From positions 27,962,001 to 28,026,000 of the forward strand of contig OX597815.1 in the NCBI GenBank assembly GCA_951406725.2: a DNA stretch of 64,000 nt. Direction: 5' to 3'. Numbering within the stretch: position 1 is the stretch's first letter; each line of letters begins with the position of its first letter. Below are positions 1 through 15,128 of this stretch, one piece after another. The DNA comes from Octopus vulgaris (Eukaryota). Made by a program: the position numbers and the translations under genes. A model generated the notes under the pieces. The model saw only the letters and a list, made by a program, of their open reading frames with translations. It had not been told where the DNA came from and made no database searches.

Positions 1-899
1 TCTTTTATGTCATATACTTAAAGGTAGAAATAAAAGGTAAAAGAAAAAAAGCAATTTTAGGGAGATATGAATAATGAGAGAGAGAGAGAAGGAGAGAGAG
101 AAAGATGCTGATCTTGATGAATAAGAGAAATAACCAATTTAATTGGAAATCAAATATGGTTGAATGTCAAGTATTTTAAGCTTATAGCTTACACATAGAT
201 TAATAGATATCAAGAGGGAATAAAACTCTCTTTACCATTTTTTATTTATATATGAATGACCAATCAACACTAATAGTTCAGTGTCGCATACTCTAGTATC
301 AATGATTAAAAAAAATATCTTAGACTCAAATGGATAACTGTTCTAGAAACCGAAATCAATATGAAGAAAATATCTACCAGAAGTTTCAGCAATACTTCAA
401 TGTTGGCTCTAAATTTTGGAAGTGGTAAATCAACTGAATCAGTTCATAGAGATGTTAACAATATGTAAACTCTATATTTCATGACTGTTTGTCAGTTTGC
501 AGTGCTGGGTTCAAATTTTCTGTAAAGCTGGAGAAAGCAATGGGAATTTATTCTTGTATGTATTTTTTTGAATCTTGATATGAAGATGAAATCATAAGTT
601 GTGTGGTGTTTCAAACAATTCAGTGACTTTCAGAGCAATACTATTATAAGGAGTTGTATCTTCCTAAAAATAATGGTATAAACCGTATGCTTGAAAAAAT
701 GTTTGGGAGATGTAACACGTTTATAATATGGGGAAAACTTTGTTCTTAGGGGAGAGTATTTGTTTTTGTTGCTTTTCCTTAGCTAAAATTTAGGCACAAT
801 TCAGTTAGTTTTTTATATAGGTGAAGTAATCTATAGTAAACATAGAGGTCTAATAATAGTTTCTGCAAATAGCATTAATTACAGACCCATCGAGCTTTG

Positions 900-951
<52 letters not shown>

Positions 952-1026
952 ATACTATTATTTATAGCTTTATGTACTTTGAGATCCACTGTTTCAAAAA
1001 AGTTATACATATATATATATATATAT

Positions 1027-1102
<76 letters not shown>

Positions 1103-1229
1103 AAGGCACAGCAGCTTCTATTGTTTTCAAAATGATCTTTTGATAAATTGATGAATGAAGTAAATTCAAGAACAGAAACTAGCTGTCATCGGAAACTGTA
1201 AACTATGACAAATAGTCATCGTTTTCGCA

Positions 1230-2469
1230 AATTGCCACAAGGCCACATATTAATAGGGAGGAATATAGCTGACTGATTGAAAACCAATATATGTCTTGTA
1301 CTTATATCGACCCCTGAGGGATGAAAGACAATGTTGATCCTGGCAGGATTTGAAATCAGAGTGTACAAGAATAAAACTAAATGATCTGAGCTTTTAAATC
1401 AATGGTTTTCTGCTTGTGCTATTGTAACTCACCTTAAGAATTATGTATTTTAGCTTTCGCACAAGCCCACATATTTGCAGAGAAGAAAATACCAATTCCA
1501 GTCTATTATGGGTAACTTATTTTATTAAGCCTAGAGGAATAAAAGATGTAGTCAAGGCTTGTGAAATTTGAACTCAGAATACAAAGGGCATAATGACTAT
1601 TAGAAATCTTTTAGTCCTGAACCACAGTCTCTGGCAATTCAACAATGATAACAATGGTCTCTGAATTTGGCACAGGGACAGCAGTTTTGAAAGGAGGGGA
1701 TTAGTGAGTACTGTTGACCCCAGTTGCTGGCTGGCACTTTATTCCATCAACTCCAGAGGAATGAAAAGCAAAATGTTGACCATATTGGGATCTGAATTCA
1801 GCATGTAAAGGCTGTAAGACTATTTTGTCAAAAGTGCAAATGATTCTGCCAGCCCACTACTCTAAATAATTCTTAACACAGGTTACAAGGCAAAAAATTC
1901 TGGAGGAGCGAGTTGTTTGATTAAATCACTCCCAGTACTTGACTCGTGCTTTATTAACCTCAAGTGGATGAAAGGCAATGTTAACTTCAGTGAGAAAAGT
2001 ACTCAGAATGTAAGGAGCAGGAATAAATACCCTAAGGTATTTGATCTGATGTTCTAACTATTCTGCTAACCCATGGCCCTTAACCAAATACAAAAACAAA
2101 ATAATAATAACCCTTTATGCTACAGGTATAAGGCCTGAAATTTGCAGGGAGGGGTCTAGTTGATTACATCGACCCCAGTGTTTCAATGGTACTTAATTTA
2201 TCAACCCCAAAAGGATGAAAGGCAAAGTTGACCTTGGTGGAATTTGAACTCAGAGTGCAAAGACATGAAATGTTGCTAAGCATCTTGTTAGGCACTCTGA
2301 TGGTTCTGCTAACTTACTGCCTTTATAATAATCCTTTCTACTATAGGCACAAGGCCTGAAATTTAGTGAGAGGGGGCTAGTTGATTACATCAACTCCAGT
2401 ACTCCACTGGTACTTAATTTATCGATCCCGAAAGGATGAAAGGCAAAGTTGACCTTGGTGGAATTTGAA

Positions 2470-2470
<1 letters not shown>
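1230..2470 (-). mobile_element. Head-to-tail cluster of ~6 diverged tRNA-derived SINEs (Nin/Deu-like core)
   Basis: Recurring anchors at about 1236, 1459, 1671, 1885, 2128 and 2349. Minus strand has B-box gagttcaaattcc and core gcctttcatcctt..ggggtcgataaattaagtacca. Confidence 0.75.
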
Positions 2471-2518
<48 letters not shown>

Positions 2519-4972
2519 GTTGTTGTTGTTGTCATCGGTACTGCCCTTACCATAAAAAAAACCCCAGTCCATTTGAAAAGATCAGATTCCCTTAAATCTT
2601 TTTCAAAAGTGAGATATTACAAACTTAACAGAATTTTAGTCCTCAGAATCTGGTCTTCTTTCTTGACAATATATCATTGCTAAACATAAATAGTATAATA
2701 TCCAATGTACTTTAACTTCAGGTCTCTTGATGAGATTTGGAATAGCTTGTATAAAACAAAGCAACAAGGTAAATAATAATTGTTTCTAGCATAGGTACAC
2801 GGCCACAAGTTTAAATTAACACTGGTACTAAACATTACTAATGGAGTTAGATTATCAGCATTGAATTACATTTTGTGCAAGGCACATAGCTCATAACTGC
2901 AACAATGTTTATATGATGGTGATTGATTAACAATTTTAGTATAATACTTGAAGAATTGTGTCAACATTCAACTAACTTTCTGGAGAATATATCAACTTTA
3001 GACACGTCAGGATAGAGCAGAAAATTAGAACAGCTTGTCAATTCTAAGAATAAATAAATGTTATGTTGAGGCAGTGGTTGTTGTGAGTCATTTAAGAAAT
3101 TATTAATTCCATTTTGAAGAAACACAGTGGATTATCCATTCACATGACATAGGTTTAAAACCTTTTGGGAAGATAAATTACTTTGGAAGTATTTACAGCA
3201 ATTGTATGAATGGCAAAAGGAAAGATATTCAGTTGTAAATAAGGATTCCAACAATATGGATGCTGAAATTTATAGAATTATCTAACCCATGTGAGTATGG
3301 TAAAAAAAAAGGTATTGAATCATTTTCTTTTAAAATTATGCAGTTAATTAAAGCTGACCAAATAAGCTATTTAGGCTGTTTAAATAATATGCAGAATATC
3401 AAAAAACAAAAAAGGAAAAGCACGACATGTGTTTTTGTCTTGGACTCATACAAATCATGTCTATATTTATTTGAAATTTCTAGCTGGGAAAGGTAAATGG
3501 GTGGTAGATTTTATTAAAATCTGTTGGATTTATATCATATATGGTAGGGTGCATATCATCTTTTGAATGTCATCATCATCATTTACATCCATATTCCATG
3601 GTGGCATGGGTTTGATGGTTTGATGGAATCCAGTGAGCTGCAGAGCTGCATCATACTCCATATCAGCTTTAGCATTGTTTCTATAGCTGGATACCTTTCC
3701 TAATGCCATCAATGATTATGATCATTTATGTACATTCATCAACGATTTACACACACACACATATTGTGTGTGTAGTGTGTGTGTATGTAAGCTGATTGAA
3801 GATAAGTTTTGAAGTCCTTTGTATCAAACTTTAGAAGTTTTGATGTATTTATTATGTTTTAATGTTTCCAAAGACAATTTCTCTAAAATATAGCAGTGTA
3901 TACATGCATGAGTAATTCCTTTCAAGTTGAACCAACAAAAAACTTTCCTAAAGCTACTTGGCCATATTTTTGTACAAGGTCATATCTTTCTCAGCAAATT
4001 TTAAACTGCTTTTAAAATGGATATTGTGTTTTAAGTGTTAGTGATGATAGCTATAATACAGCCTGAAAATTCCTTTGAACAGCTATCTTCATACCTTATA
4101 TTTACTCATGTAGAATTAACCAGGGTCAATCAATTACAACATTTTCTTTTTTAATGAAATGAACGACATAGAATACTAAAAACTGAATCATCATCATAAA
4201 ATACTGCTCTGGTTTAGCTGCTTCATCAAATGCCAACAGTACAAACATTAATGCAATATGTAAGATATATCGTGATTAAAACTTATTAATGGTTAATTAT
4301 TTTCAGAGAAAGAAGTAATGATAAATAATTATGAACGTGAAAGTAATTAATCGGAGCCTGATCTTAAAAACCTGACAAATTTCTGAAACTGGATGATTTT
4401 GTTGACAGTGCATTTTTCTGGAAATTTTGGGAATTTTAAACCACAAACTGATAATTTAGATTGATGGACTGGATTCTGCTTACCAATATACAAATTATTA
4501 TATATGTGTGTGTGTATGTGCATGTAATACATATGCACACATACATATACATAAAGACAAGTATATACAACCAGTTCGCTCACACAATCACATACATTTA
4601 TGTAGCTCTAAATCTGTGTGCTTATTTACTTATTCCTGGTATTTTCTATGAAATAATCCATGAAGGAACAATGAAATCTTTTAAAACAATAAAAAAAGTT
4701 TTCCCTGTTGTTGGAGTTTAATGAAATTTGTTAATAATGAAAATTGTTTACAAAATTTTCATTCTTTATTTTACATGAAGGCAAGAGTCATGATGTGTAG
4801 TAGCTATCATACACAAAATGCCACAATCAGGTGATTGCTTCCAATGGAACATAGTAATGCATATTATGGGCTATTTGCCAATAAAAAAGGCAAACAAAAA
4901 AGAAAGACAAGTTTTCATTTTTTCAAATGTTTGTTTAGAAAACTGGGCAAACCAAAGCATAGACATAGAAGA

Positions 4973-4974
<2 letters not shown>

Positions 4975-5005
<31 letters not shown>

Positions 5006-5372
5006 CAAATATATTATATATATGTATATACATATATATATATTAATATATATAGAAATAAGTAAATATATATATGTCAAATATACATTTATGTATATAT
5101 ATATATACATAAATGTATATATATATACATAAATGTATATATATATATATATACATAAATGTATATATATATATATATATACATACAAACATATATATAT
5201 ATCTAAATATATATATAAATGCATATAGATATATATATGTGTGTACATATATATATATATATATAAATATATACACATATATATAGATATATATAAATAT
5301 ATATTTATATAAATATCTATGTATATATAAATAAATATATACATACATATATATATATATATAAATATATAC

Positions 5373-5431
<59 letters not shown>

Positions 5432-5458
5432 TAAATATATATATATATACATATAGAA

Positions 5459-5497
<39 letters not shown>

Positions 5498-5526
5498 TAA
5501 ATATATATATATATATAAACATATAA

Positions 5527-5567
<41 letters not shown>

Positions 5568-5769
5568 CTTGTAAATTATGTATAAATTTTACCTTTAAAG
5601 GCATTTTTTGATATGCTGGCCATTGATAAAATTTTTTTCCAGAAAAATTTTTTTATCCTATATCAATTATATATATATATATATATATATAATTCATTTA
5701 TGCAAACACCCAACATATGGTAACTGATTAAATAAGGGAGAGGTGGGTAAATAAATAAAGGCCAGACTA

Positions 5770-5805
<36 letters not shown>

Positions 5806-5899
5806 TTACAAACAGGCACACATATATATACATGTATATATATATAAATGTACATATATAAATGTAAATATATACACACAAAATCATATATATAGACAT

Positions 5900-5932
<33 letters not shown>

Positions 5933-6015
5933 CACATATATATATAAATACATACACACATTTATATATAAATATATATATATATAGATATAAATATTTA
6001 GACATATACACCTAT

Positions 6016-6076
<61 letters not shown>

Positions 6077-6720
6077 CACACACAAACATACAGACATATA
6101 TATAAATATATATACTGTATAAATATATATATATATATAAACGAATATATATATATATTTATATGTATATTTATATATAAATAAACATATATATAATATA
6201 TCTATATACTTATAAAGATATAATTATATCTATATATATATAAATATAGATATATATATATATGTGTGTATGTGTATATATAAATGTATTTGTGTTGTGT
6301 TTTAATTTGGTGTTCATATGTCGATATGTGTGTATAAACATGTGTAGTTTATGGTGTGTATAAAATATGATCCAAAAGTTCAATGTTAGTATTTTAGAGT
6401 TTTCCGGACTTTTATTTCTCTAATTTTCTTCTTCAAATGGAAAATGATCCCCCCACCTAAAAAGGAGAAGAAAGAAGGAAAAGTATTTGAAATTACAATC
6501 AGTTCCTGATATATACACGCACTCACACACACATATATATGCATACGCAAATATAAGCGCACATATACATCCAGATATATGTGCATGTATGTATCTATAT
6601 ATACAGATGTATATATATATATATACAGATGTATATATATATATATAAAAATACATACATAGAAATATATATGCATTAACACACACACACGCACACATGT
6701 ATATACACATACATATATTA
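4975..6720. repeat. (TA)n/(CA)n compound microsatellite field
   Basis: Direct reading; similar fields at 901-1096, 7790-9860, 43520-43950 and 45670-46080. Confidence 0.95.
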
Positions 6721-7229
6721 GAGAAATAATATCACAAATATAACGTGGAAATATTTCTTCATGTAAAGCTTTAGTAGAATGTTCTATGAAGTTTAGTAAT
6801 TTCAAGTTCAGAAGATAATATATATGACACTAGAAGATAAAGGTATGTTATATATGCATCTTAAAATAAACTCCCTCACAAGCACATACACATGTATGAT
6901 ATCATGTATTTAGCAGCTCCATATAAAAAAATATATATGCTTGAGTGTCGTTTCCTTTATTAGTAGCTGGTAAAACAACTCGTATGAGAAAAAAAAAAAA
7001 GCTCATTTTGCACAAACCAGCAAATATGACAAGAAAGAACCTGAACAATATTTTTAATTTTACATATGAATGATCTACTATCAAAGATTAACAACACAAA
7101 TGAACCTAAAAATTAAAATACTTGGAGAAGCATGTCCGGAGATGGTGTATGTTTGTGTATTTTGTTGTGTCTAGGGATACAAAAATGAAGATTATATATA
7201 TATAAATATATAAATATATAATCATCTAA

Positions 7230-7449
7230 CCATTTAGCATTCAGATTACTCTGTGAACTGTAATGCTTATTAATTCACATTGTCTTGAACTAATTATGAA
7301 TTATCTCATAACTTCTAGATTTTGATGATGTGATTGGTTAATTCTACAATTATTCCTGGAAAGAAGGTGTGAGAAACTGGATCTGGCTGGATTGAACATG
7401 AAGCAAGTAGAATATTTGGGCAAATTTAGCTGGTTCAAATGCTTAGTAG
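7230..7449. mobile_element. Degenerate piggyBac-type MITE
   Basis: (c)TAA|CCATTTAGCATT ... AATGCTTAGTAG|TTAA; imperfect TIRs. Confidence 0.5.
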
Positions 7450-7843
7450 TTAAAATCCTTGTTCCATGCTGGCGTAGGTTGGATGCTGGCATAGGTTAGA
7501 ACAGGAACAGACAGGCCAGAGAACTCTACTGAGGTCCAATATCTTGTTTCACATTGCTTTTGCAGCTGGATACTCTTCCTGATGTCTGCCACATTAGAAA
7601 TTTACATAGGGATTTTTTTTTAAACACTGTCACTCATGCAGTCACTAGGTAGCATGCAAGACAAGACACACCTTGATTGAGTGGGGATGTAGTATTGAGG
7701 GATGTCATTTTATGCCGGGTGATGGTAGGTCAAGGTATGATGGAGGAAGTGGAGAGTGTGTGAGTGCACACACACACACACACATATACACACATACATA
7801 TATGTTTATATTTAAATACATACATGTACTTAGAAATATAGGC

Positions 7844-7874
<31 letters not shown>

Positions 7875-7900
7875 TATGTGTGTGTGTGTGTGTATATATA

Positions 7901-8462
7901 TATAATATAAATAATATATAAATATATGCATATATACATACATATATGTACATACCTACATGTATATGTATACATCCATATATATATATGTACATACCTA
8001 CATATATATGTATATATACATGCATATATGGGTACAGGACATCAAAATAACGTCAACAAAATGAGAAACGAGAACATAAAATACAAAAATATAGAAAATG
8101 AACTTTTTTTTGAAAACAAAAGAAACAAATAGAGAAACGAGACAAGAAACATAAAGTTTTTCCCCTTCATCAGTTGACCCCTGTTTCATCTACTCTGCAT
8201 TTCGAAGGTATGGAAACTAGGAGTAAATAAAACAGAGGACAACTGATGAAGAGAATGTTCTTTATGTTTCCTGTCTCATTTCTCTATTTGTTTCTTTCAT
8301 TCTTCGAAATAAAAGTTCGTTTTCTATGTTTTAAATTTTTATGTTCTCGTTTCTACTTTTGTTAACATGTTTTGATGTCCTGTACCCATATATGCATGTG
8401 TATATACATACATATGTAGGTATGTACATATATGCATATATTCGTATATTATTTATATTATA
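7901..8462. repeat. Long imperfect inverted repeat (foldback)
   Basis: Arms include atatgggtacaggacatcaaaa / ttttgatgtcctgtacccatat and cttcatcagttg / caactgatgaag; loop ~8196-8219. Confidence 0.85.
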
Positions 8463-8480
8463 TTATATCATATTATATTT

Positions 8481-8559
<79 letters not shown>

Positions 8560-8715
8560 GCATAAATACACTTATTCAAGGTGGACCCTAACTAATGACT
8601 GAGAAAAATAAAAGAATACACTCATACATATAAAACTTTTATCTTCTAGTGTCTTATTGCTTAGGCTATACATACATACATCCATGCAAACTTATATGTA
8701 TTATATATATATATT

Positions 8716-8748
<33 letters not shown>

Positions 8749-8886
8749 GTATTTACACATACGTATTACATGATACAATATGTAACATATATAATATACT
8801 GCATTATATATGTGCATACATGTATACATATATTCATATATATATATACACGAAGATACTATATCTACATATATACAAACATACAT

Positions 8887-8917
<31 letters not shown>

Positions 8918-9039
8918 CATATATATACATGTTACTATATATCTATATATGCATGAATGTGTACTCACATGTTTGTACATATGTATTATGCGTATATATG
9001 AACATTCACATATTTTATAAATTCAAACATACAAATGCA

Positions 9040-9091
<52 letters not shown>

Positions 9092-9636
9092 AGATATATG
9101 TACATATATATATACCTTCAGCAAATCATAAATCTGAAAGAGCACAGTCTACATTATAGACCAGAAGAGTATATAGATAAAGATCGACATGGCTGATCTA
9201 TGGGGTGACTCAGAGTAACCTCAAAGACCAGCCATATATCTATCTATCTATCTATATTTATATGCACACACATATGTACATATACACATATATGCATATG
9301 CACAAACTCATATACAGGTACGTATGTGTATGCATACATATATATATAACTTTATATATATAAAGTTATATATATATATATATATATATACATGTGTACA
9401 TTTGTATAATATACATATGTAAGAATCACTATATATACATAAGTATATTTACACATTTATAACTCACTTATATATATATACATATATATATCATCATCAT
9501 CATCGTTTAACGTCCGTTTTCCATGCTAGCATGGGTTAGACGGTTTGAACAGGGTTTGGGAAGCCAGGTGAATGCACCAGGCTCCGAATTATATATATGT
9601 AAATATATATATAAATATATGTATACAAATATGTAT

Positions 9637-9677
<41 letters not shown>

Positions 9678-10346
9678 AACAAATATCTATGTATATACAT
9701 ACAAATATATATATATATGTATGTATACACAAATAAATATCTATGTATATACATACAAATATATATATATGTATGTATACACAAATAAATATCTATGTAT
9801 ATACATACAAATATATATATATTTAAATACCTATGCATATATATATATATATATGTATATATGTTGTTTCATATATACTTTGCCATATATATTTGTATCA
9901 TTAGAACTTATAAAGGAAATATTTACAATGACAGTAGAAATAAGATATTGTTATGATTTCATGTGTTCATTTCCTCATTTGATGGCCATTAAATATTCCA
10001 AATGCCAAGGGTTTTATTTTTTGCTTAAAACCACGTTGTTAGTTTCAACCACCTTGTTTGTCTTTCTTTCCAGATAACTGCAGACTGATGATCACAGAAC
10101 AGGGCAATGTTTTAGAAAAATAACAATAACAGGAAAAAGCCTTTTCATTCTTTCACACACACTCAGTTTACAAGTGTGTAATTCAAATTCACTCAATAAC
10201 AGAAAAAAAAAAAGAGAAAAACTCCTAGTAAAATTTTGAACATAATTCCATGAGCTCAGAAATGTCAAGTGCCTTACGTGAGTATTTTCCATTTTGTTGT
10301 TTTATATTTTCAACTTTGAAGAATGAAAAATAAAAGAATACAAAAT

Positions 10347-10390
<44 letters not shown>

Positions 10391-10923
10391 GAGAGAGAGA
10401 GAGAGAGGGAGAAAAAGAAGAGATAGAGAGGGAGGAAGACAGAAACAGAGAGAGATAAGAAGCATTTTCTGGTAGATGATAGCATAATAGAAGATTTGGG
10501 AAAGGCGATGGAAGTGGGGGCGGGGTCACACGTATTTTAAAGATCATATTTAAAACAGTATTTCTGAATGTGTGTCTGTGAGGGAATGAGAGAGGGGAGG
10601 ATGTGACAGAAATGGTAGAGAGAAAGAAAAAGAGAGAGAGAGAAAGGGATAGAAGGAAAGAAGGAGACAGAAATGATAAAACTCCATGTCCTTCAATTCT
10701 GTCTTTAAGAAGTCATGATAAATAAGCATATTCTTGTTTCAACACTTCCCTCCTCTGCTCTTCATCTTGAGTCTCTCTTCCCTCACTTTATTATACACGC
10801 TTTTGTTTTGGTGGTGGTGGTGGTGGTTTGTGTGTATGGGGTGGTGGGTGAAGGTATGGTTGTTGAACCACTCATTAAAGAAAGTAACTGTTAAAGATTA
10901 TACAAAATAATTTTTCATAGCAT

Positions 10924-11010
10924 TCAGGAGTTTCCTTCAGCTTTAAGGTTACGAGGCATCCTTTTCTTCATCTTTTTTTCAAGAATGTTGAATGGTTGAA
11001 GACAGAATAC
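10924..11010 (-). CDS. slo: Slo1/BK terminal coding exon (best-conserved version)
   Basis: Acceptor ttgtttgtgttcctacag, phase 0. VFCLQPFNILEKKMKKRMPRNLKAEGNS*, matching the conserved TD-x-(V/I)FCL strand that follows YVITNP in Slo1. AATAAA at 10792-10787. Confidence 0.88.
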   Translation of the reverse strand, partial: VFCLQPFNILEKKMKKRMPRNLKAEGNS

Positions 11011-11206
11011 CTGTAGGAACACAAACAACAACAAAAAAATAAGTTAGATTATGTTAGCTCTTCAAAAATAGTTTTACATTATATGCACATATATACAGAC
11101 AGCCTCTTTTGAAACACTTCATTTATTTTATTACTGTTAAACCCCCATTATATTTTATTCCCATGTTGCCTCAGATATATATATATAAATAAATAAATAA
11201 ATATAC

Positions 11207-11255
<49 letters not shown>

Positions 11256-11262
11256 TAAATAA

Positions 11263-11294
<32 letters not shown>

Positions 11295-12042
11295 ATACAC
11301 ACATATATATACATACATACATGTATCACAGAATATTGAGTACTAGCACTCCTTTCCTATCACACATATTTCTCATCATGATTGTTAATGCCCAAATTCT
11401 TTCATACTGCTATCACTGATGCTTCTTACTCAGTAAAGAACCTAGATAGTGAGCAGAGACATGGAGTTGTGAGGTCCTTTTTGTTGTGTTGAGGATATGG
11501 TTACCTCTCTAGCACTGGTTTCATGAAAAATACACCTATTACGCTTTGTAAAGTGTGACACTGTGAGGACCCTATAGCCTTGTTGATGACATGACACTTT
11601 AGTATTGAGGTCATGGAGAAAGCACCCAGAGCACTTGGTAACGTGGTTGGTGTCAAGAATGGCACCACCATAGAAACTAAGCCCAAAACTGAACATGAGA
11701 TGAGATTCTCTGACCCATGTAGGTGAGTGTAATGCCTTGAGTAAATTGGTCCACTCTGACTATGATGAGTGCCCAAACTATGCCGGTATGGAAAGCAGAT
11801 CTAAAGCAATGATGATAAAAAGTATTTTCATTTTATTATGTTATTGTCTATAACCAGAGCTGAGATGGAAAAAAAATGATAGAATATTGTACAGGAAGCA
11901 TTCATTACAGCATCAGCTTTTTTTCAGTACCTCACAAAGTGAGCCATAGCAAACTTGAAGAACACAAATCCATGTCTTGCTATGATTAACTGGTTTCATA
12001 TTTTTGGGATAGGTTGGGGTTGAAATATGTCCTGTCATTTAC

Positions 12043-12661
12043 CATTCGAGTATGATCGTTACCTATGTCACCTTACTGGCACTTATGCTGGTGGCATGTG
12101 AAAAAACATTCGAACGAGGTCGTTGCCAGTGCCGCTGGAATGGCTCCTGTGCAGGTGGCACATAAAAAGCACCATTTGACAGAGCAGCTAACCGGCTTCC
12201 GTGCCAGTGACACATAAAAGGCACCATTTCAGTGTGATCGTTACCAGCGTCACCTTACTGGCACTTGTATCCCGTGCTAGTAGGGTGCTAAGAGCACCAT
12301 CCGAGCGTGATTGTTGCCAGAGTAGCTAACTGGCTTCCGTGCCGGTGGCACATAAAAGGCCCCATTCGAGTGTGATTGTTACTAGCGTCATCTTCCTGGC
12401 ACTTGTGCTGGTGGCACGTGTAAAAACATTCAAGCAAGGTCATTGCTAGTACCGCCTGACTGGCCCCCATGGTGGTGGCATGTAAAAACACCCACTACAC
12501 TCTCAGAGTGGTTGGCATTAGGAAGGGCATCAAGCTGTAGAAACTCTGCGAGATCAAGATTGGAGCTTGGTGCAGCCATCTGGTTCGCCAGCCCTCAGTC
12601 AAATCGTCCAATCCATGCAAGCATGGAAAGCGGACGTTAAACGATGATGATGATGATGATG
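12043..12661 (+). mobile_element. RTE-tail-derived repeat with internal ~60-bp tandem units
   Basis: Repeated gtggcacgtaaaa(a)gcacc units, then ggaagggcatc...ggaaagcggacgttaaacgatgatgat. Confidence 0.75.
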
Positions 12662-15059
12662 ACACACACACAGAGATAATTTTGATGCAAAAAAATTAAA
12701 AATGTCTGATACATGTTTGTCATATGTAAGGTAAATATTATTACATATCTGAAATAAGGTTTCATTCAATATGCCTTTTAGTCAACTGCATACATTAACA
12801 AACTGAGAAGAAATTCTGTTCATCTTACATAGAGCACACACATACACACACACATTCTGTTTCAATGAAGCTTTGTAATTTGAATAAAGTTAATACAATA
12901 TAATGGGTTTTAAGAAAGGCTTTATCATTTTATACAAATTATACTTTAGATTATTTTTCAATCTTTAAAATAAGAGAGCACACAATAAATTACAAGAGGA
13001 TGGCTTTAATCAATAGCTTTATATATAATGTGTGTGTGTGTGTGTGTGCTTATTTGGAGTTAAAATATTTTACGGTATTGAAATATGCTGTTGCAAAAAA
13101 TTTTATCATTGAACAAAATCACACAAGATCATAGTCAGGTAATGTGTCTTTTCAACACTTATATAATCAATACAATTTGTAATTTACGTGATAAAATTAT
13201 ATGCATTTTGAAGTGGCACATAGTCCAGTAACTAAACATGTTAGCAATAAACGAAGAAATAAGAATCACATTTTTACACTCATGCTACAATGGAAATTAC
13301 CAATACAAAGCTATCAATACTGAAACATTTATAATACAAAACTGAACATTATAAACATAATGTACTATACAAACACACACACATTTACATACACACATTA
13401 TATGTATGTGTATATATATATATATACATACATATATATATATATATACCTCTACACATGCATGCTTACATATTTACATCCATTAAAAACCAATTTCCTG
13501 ATATTATACAACGCTTTTATCACACAATTTCTGTATAAATTTAAGCAGAAGTGTTTCACCACAGTACATAGCAGATGAAAAACTGAAAACACTGCCCTTC
13601 CAGATAAAAGTAGTGCAGAAATGTTGATGTCACTCCATCTTATACAAGCTTTTTCACCAGAGAAAGAAAACAGTTCAAATTATAGATTTATTTATTACAT
13701 TTCTAATTTATCAAATAAACATTTAAAATAGCTTTCCCCTAGTTTTCTTTAATTTCCTGTTTGATATAAAATATATTTGATTTTTCACTGCAATTCAAAC
13801 AAATTTATTAATTTAAAAACCCATTACAATATTAAGTTTGTTAGATATAATCTCCGAAGTTACTTTTAAAATGTTTTAATGACAACATGCAATTGAAACA
13901 GAAAATACAGCTCCTAAAGGGTGGAAAAGGGATCAATAGTTGTTAGAAAAAAATTAAGTCTTTAAAAAACAACAAAATATTTGAATTTAATAAAAGCAAA
14001 ATTTTATATATTTTTTTATTAGTTAATTGGTCAAGTCTCTTTAAAAAGACTTGTGAATATGAGGGCATTTAATAGCAATAAAAAAAGTAAATGAATGAAA
14101 ATAAAATTAAAAAACTAAGTAATAAAGTTGTGAACCCAGTTTAAATCAAAGATGGAAATCTAAAACCAGAATTAAACAATAATTATAAATAAAACAAAAA
14201 AGTTCTCAACTGAAAAAATTCCTTCCAAAGAAAATAAGATAAGATTTCCTAATGAAACATTAAAATGTTAAACAAAAGGTATTAGTTTGGAAGATGATTA
14301 AAAATAAAATAAATTTGAAAAAGACAAATAAATATAATTAATGAATTGTAACAAGATATTTCCAAGGGTCTGACTGATGTTGCCTCGTAAGTTATTAGGG
14401 AAAACAGTTCTCGAAAATATTTGATGATTGATTTTTACACCAAGACAGAACTGTAGCATGCTTATGAATTATATAACCTCTGGTAATAAATTGATGTTTA
14501 TTCGATTTTTGAGGGCTTAAAGGAACAATAATTAAGGATGTTGCTGATAAATGGTATCTTGTATCTTTTCCCTTGTTTCATGATGTTGTAAATCTTTACT
14601 GACTTTTAGTCTAGATAAATGGAGTCCAGCTCATGCTAACTAGGAGAAAAGTAGACCTTATAACAATTATGATAATGAAAATAATGACCATTAATAAACA
14701 TGAACCATGAATGATCTGTGTTTTTACTTTTTATTTGATATTGTAAAGTAATCATCAAGAACTAGAAAAATTGTTTAATTTCATTAGGTCCAGAAAGAAA
14801 TAAACGTTATCTTTGATTTTTAGTTTCAGTTTGAAATCATAAGAAATGAAGGATTCATCAAAACAAAGTTGATAAGAGAAAAGTATTTACAATACATACA
14901 AGGAAATCCAAAAGAAATGTTAAGTAACAGAATTAAATACAAAACCTGGTAAGTATATTATTTCTGTGTGCCAAATATCATTTGAGATGGAATGTAATTG
15001 TTTGGCATGTGTTTAGTTAGAGAGAAGGACAATGAGAGTAGTTGTAGAAGGCTGGAGCA

Positions 15060-15128
15060 TCAGGTGAAACAAACAGTGAACACAGCACAGCGATTAGAGA
15101 AGGAAGGAACTGGTTGCAAAAGGAAAAG
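15060..15128 (-). CDS. slo: Candidate alternative Slo1 terminal exon
   Basis: Acceptor aaatcttcaactcag, phase 0. LFLLQPVPSFSNRCAVFTVCFT*; shares F-x-L-Q-P with the 11010 exon. Confidence 0.4.
   Translation of the reverse strand, partial: LFLLQPVPSFSNRCAVFTVCFT

Noticed and set aside
4818-9838. Many long ORFs ([16 protein letters not shown] types) here and at 31814, 45569-45966 and 51903-52235
   Set aside because: They are translations of (TA)n, (CA)n and (AAT)n microsatellites, not genes.
10060-10090. Plus-strand acceptor-like tract suggesting a nested antisense gene
   Set aside because: No chain of plus-strand exons or recognisable protein was found outside transposon remnants.
12043-12490. 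Repeat-spacer-like pattern resembling a CRISPR array (also 62449-62524)
   Set aside because: Eukaryotic context; the spacers are related to each other and belong to a dispersed retroposon tail or a simple tandem repeat.
14300-14450. cag|TTC TGT CTT (FCL…) open frame resembling the Slo terminal strand
   Set aside because: It lacks the first residue and a pyrimidine tract; likely chance.
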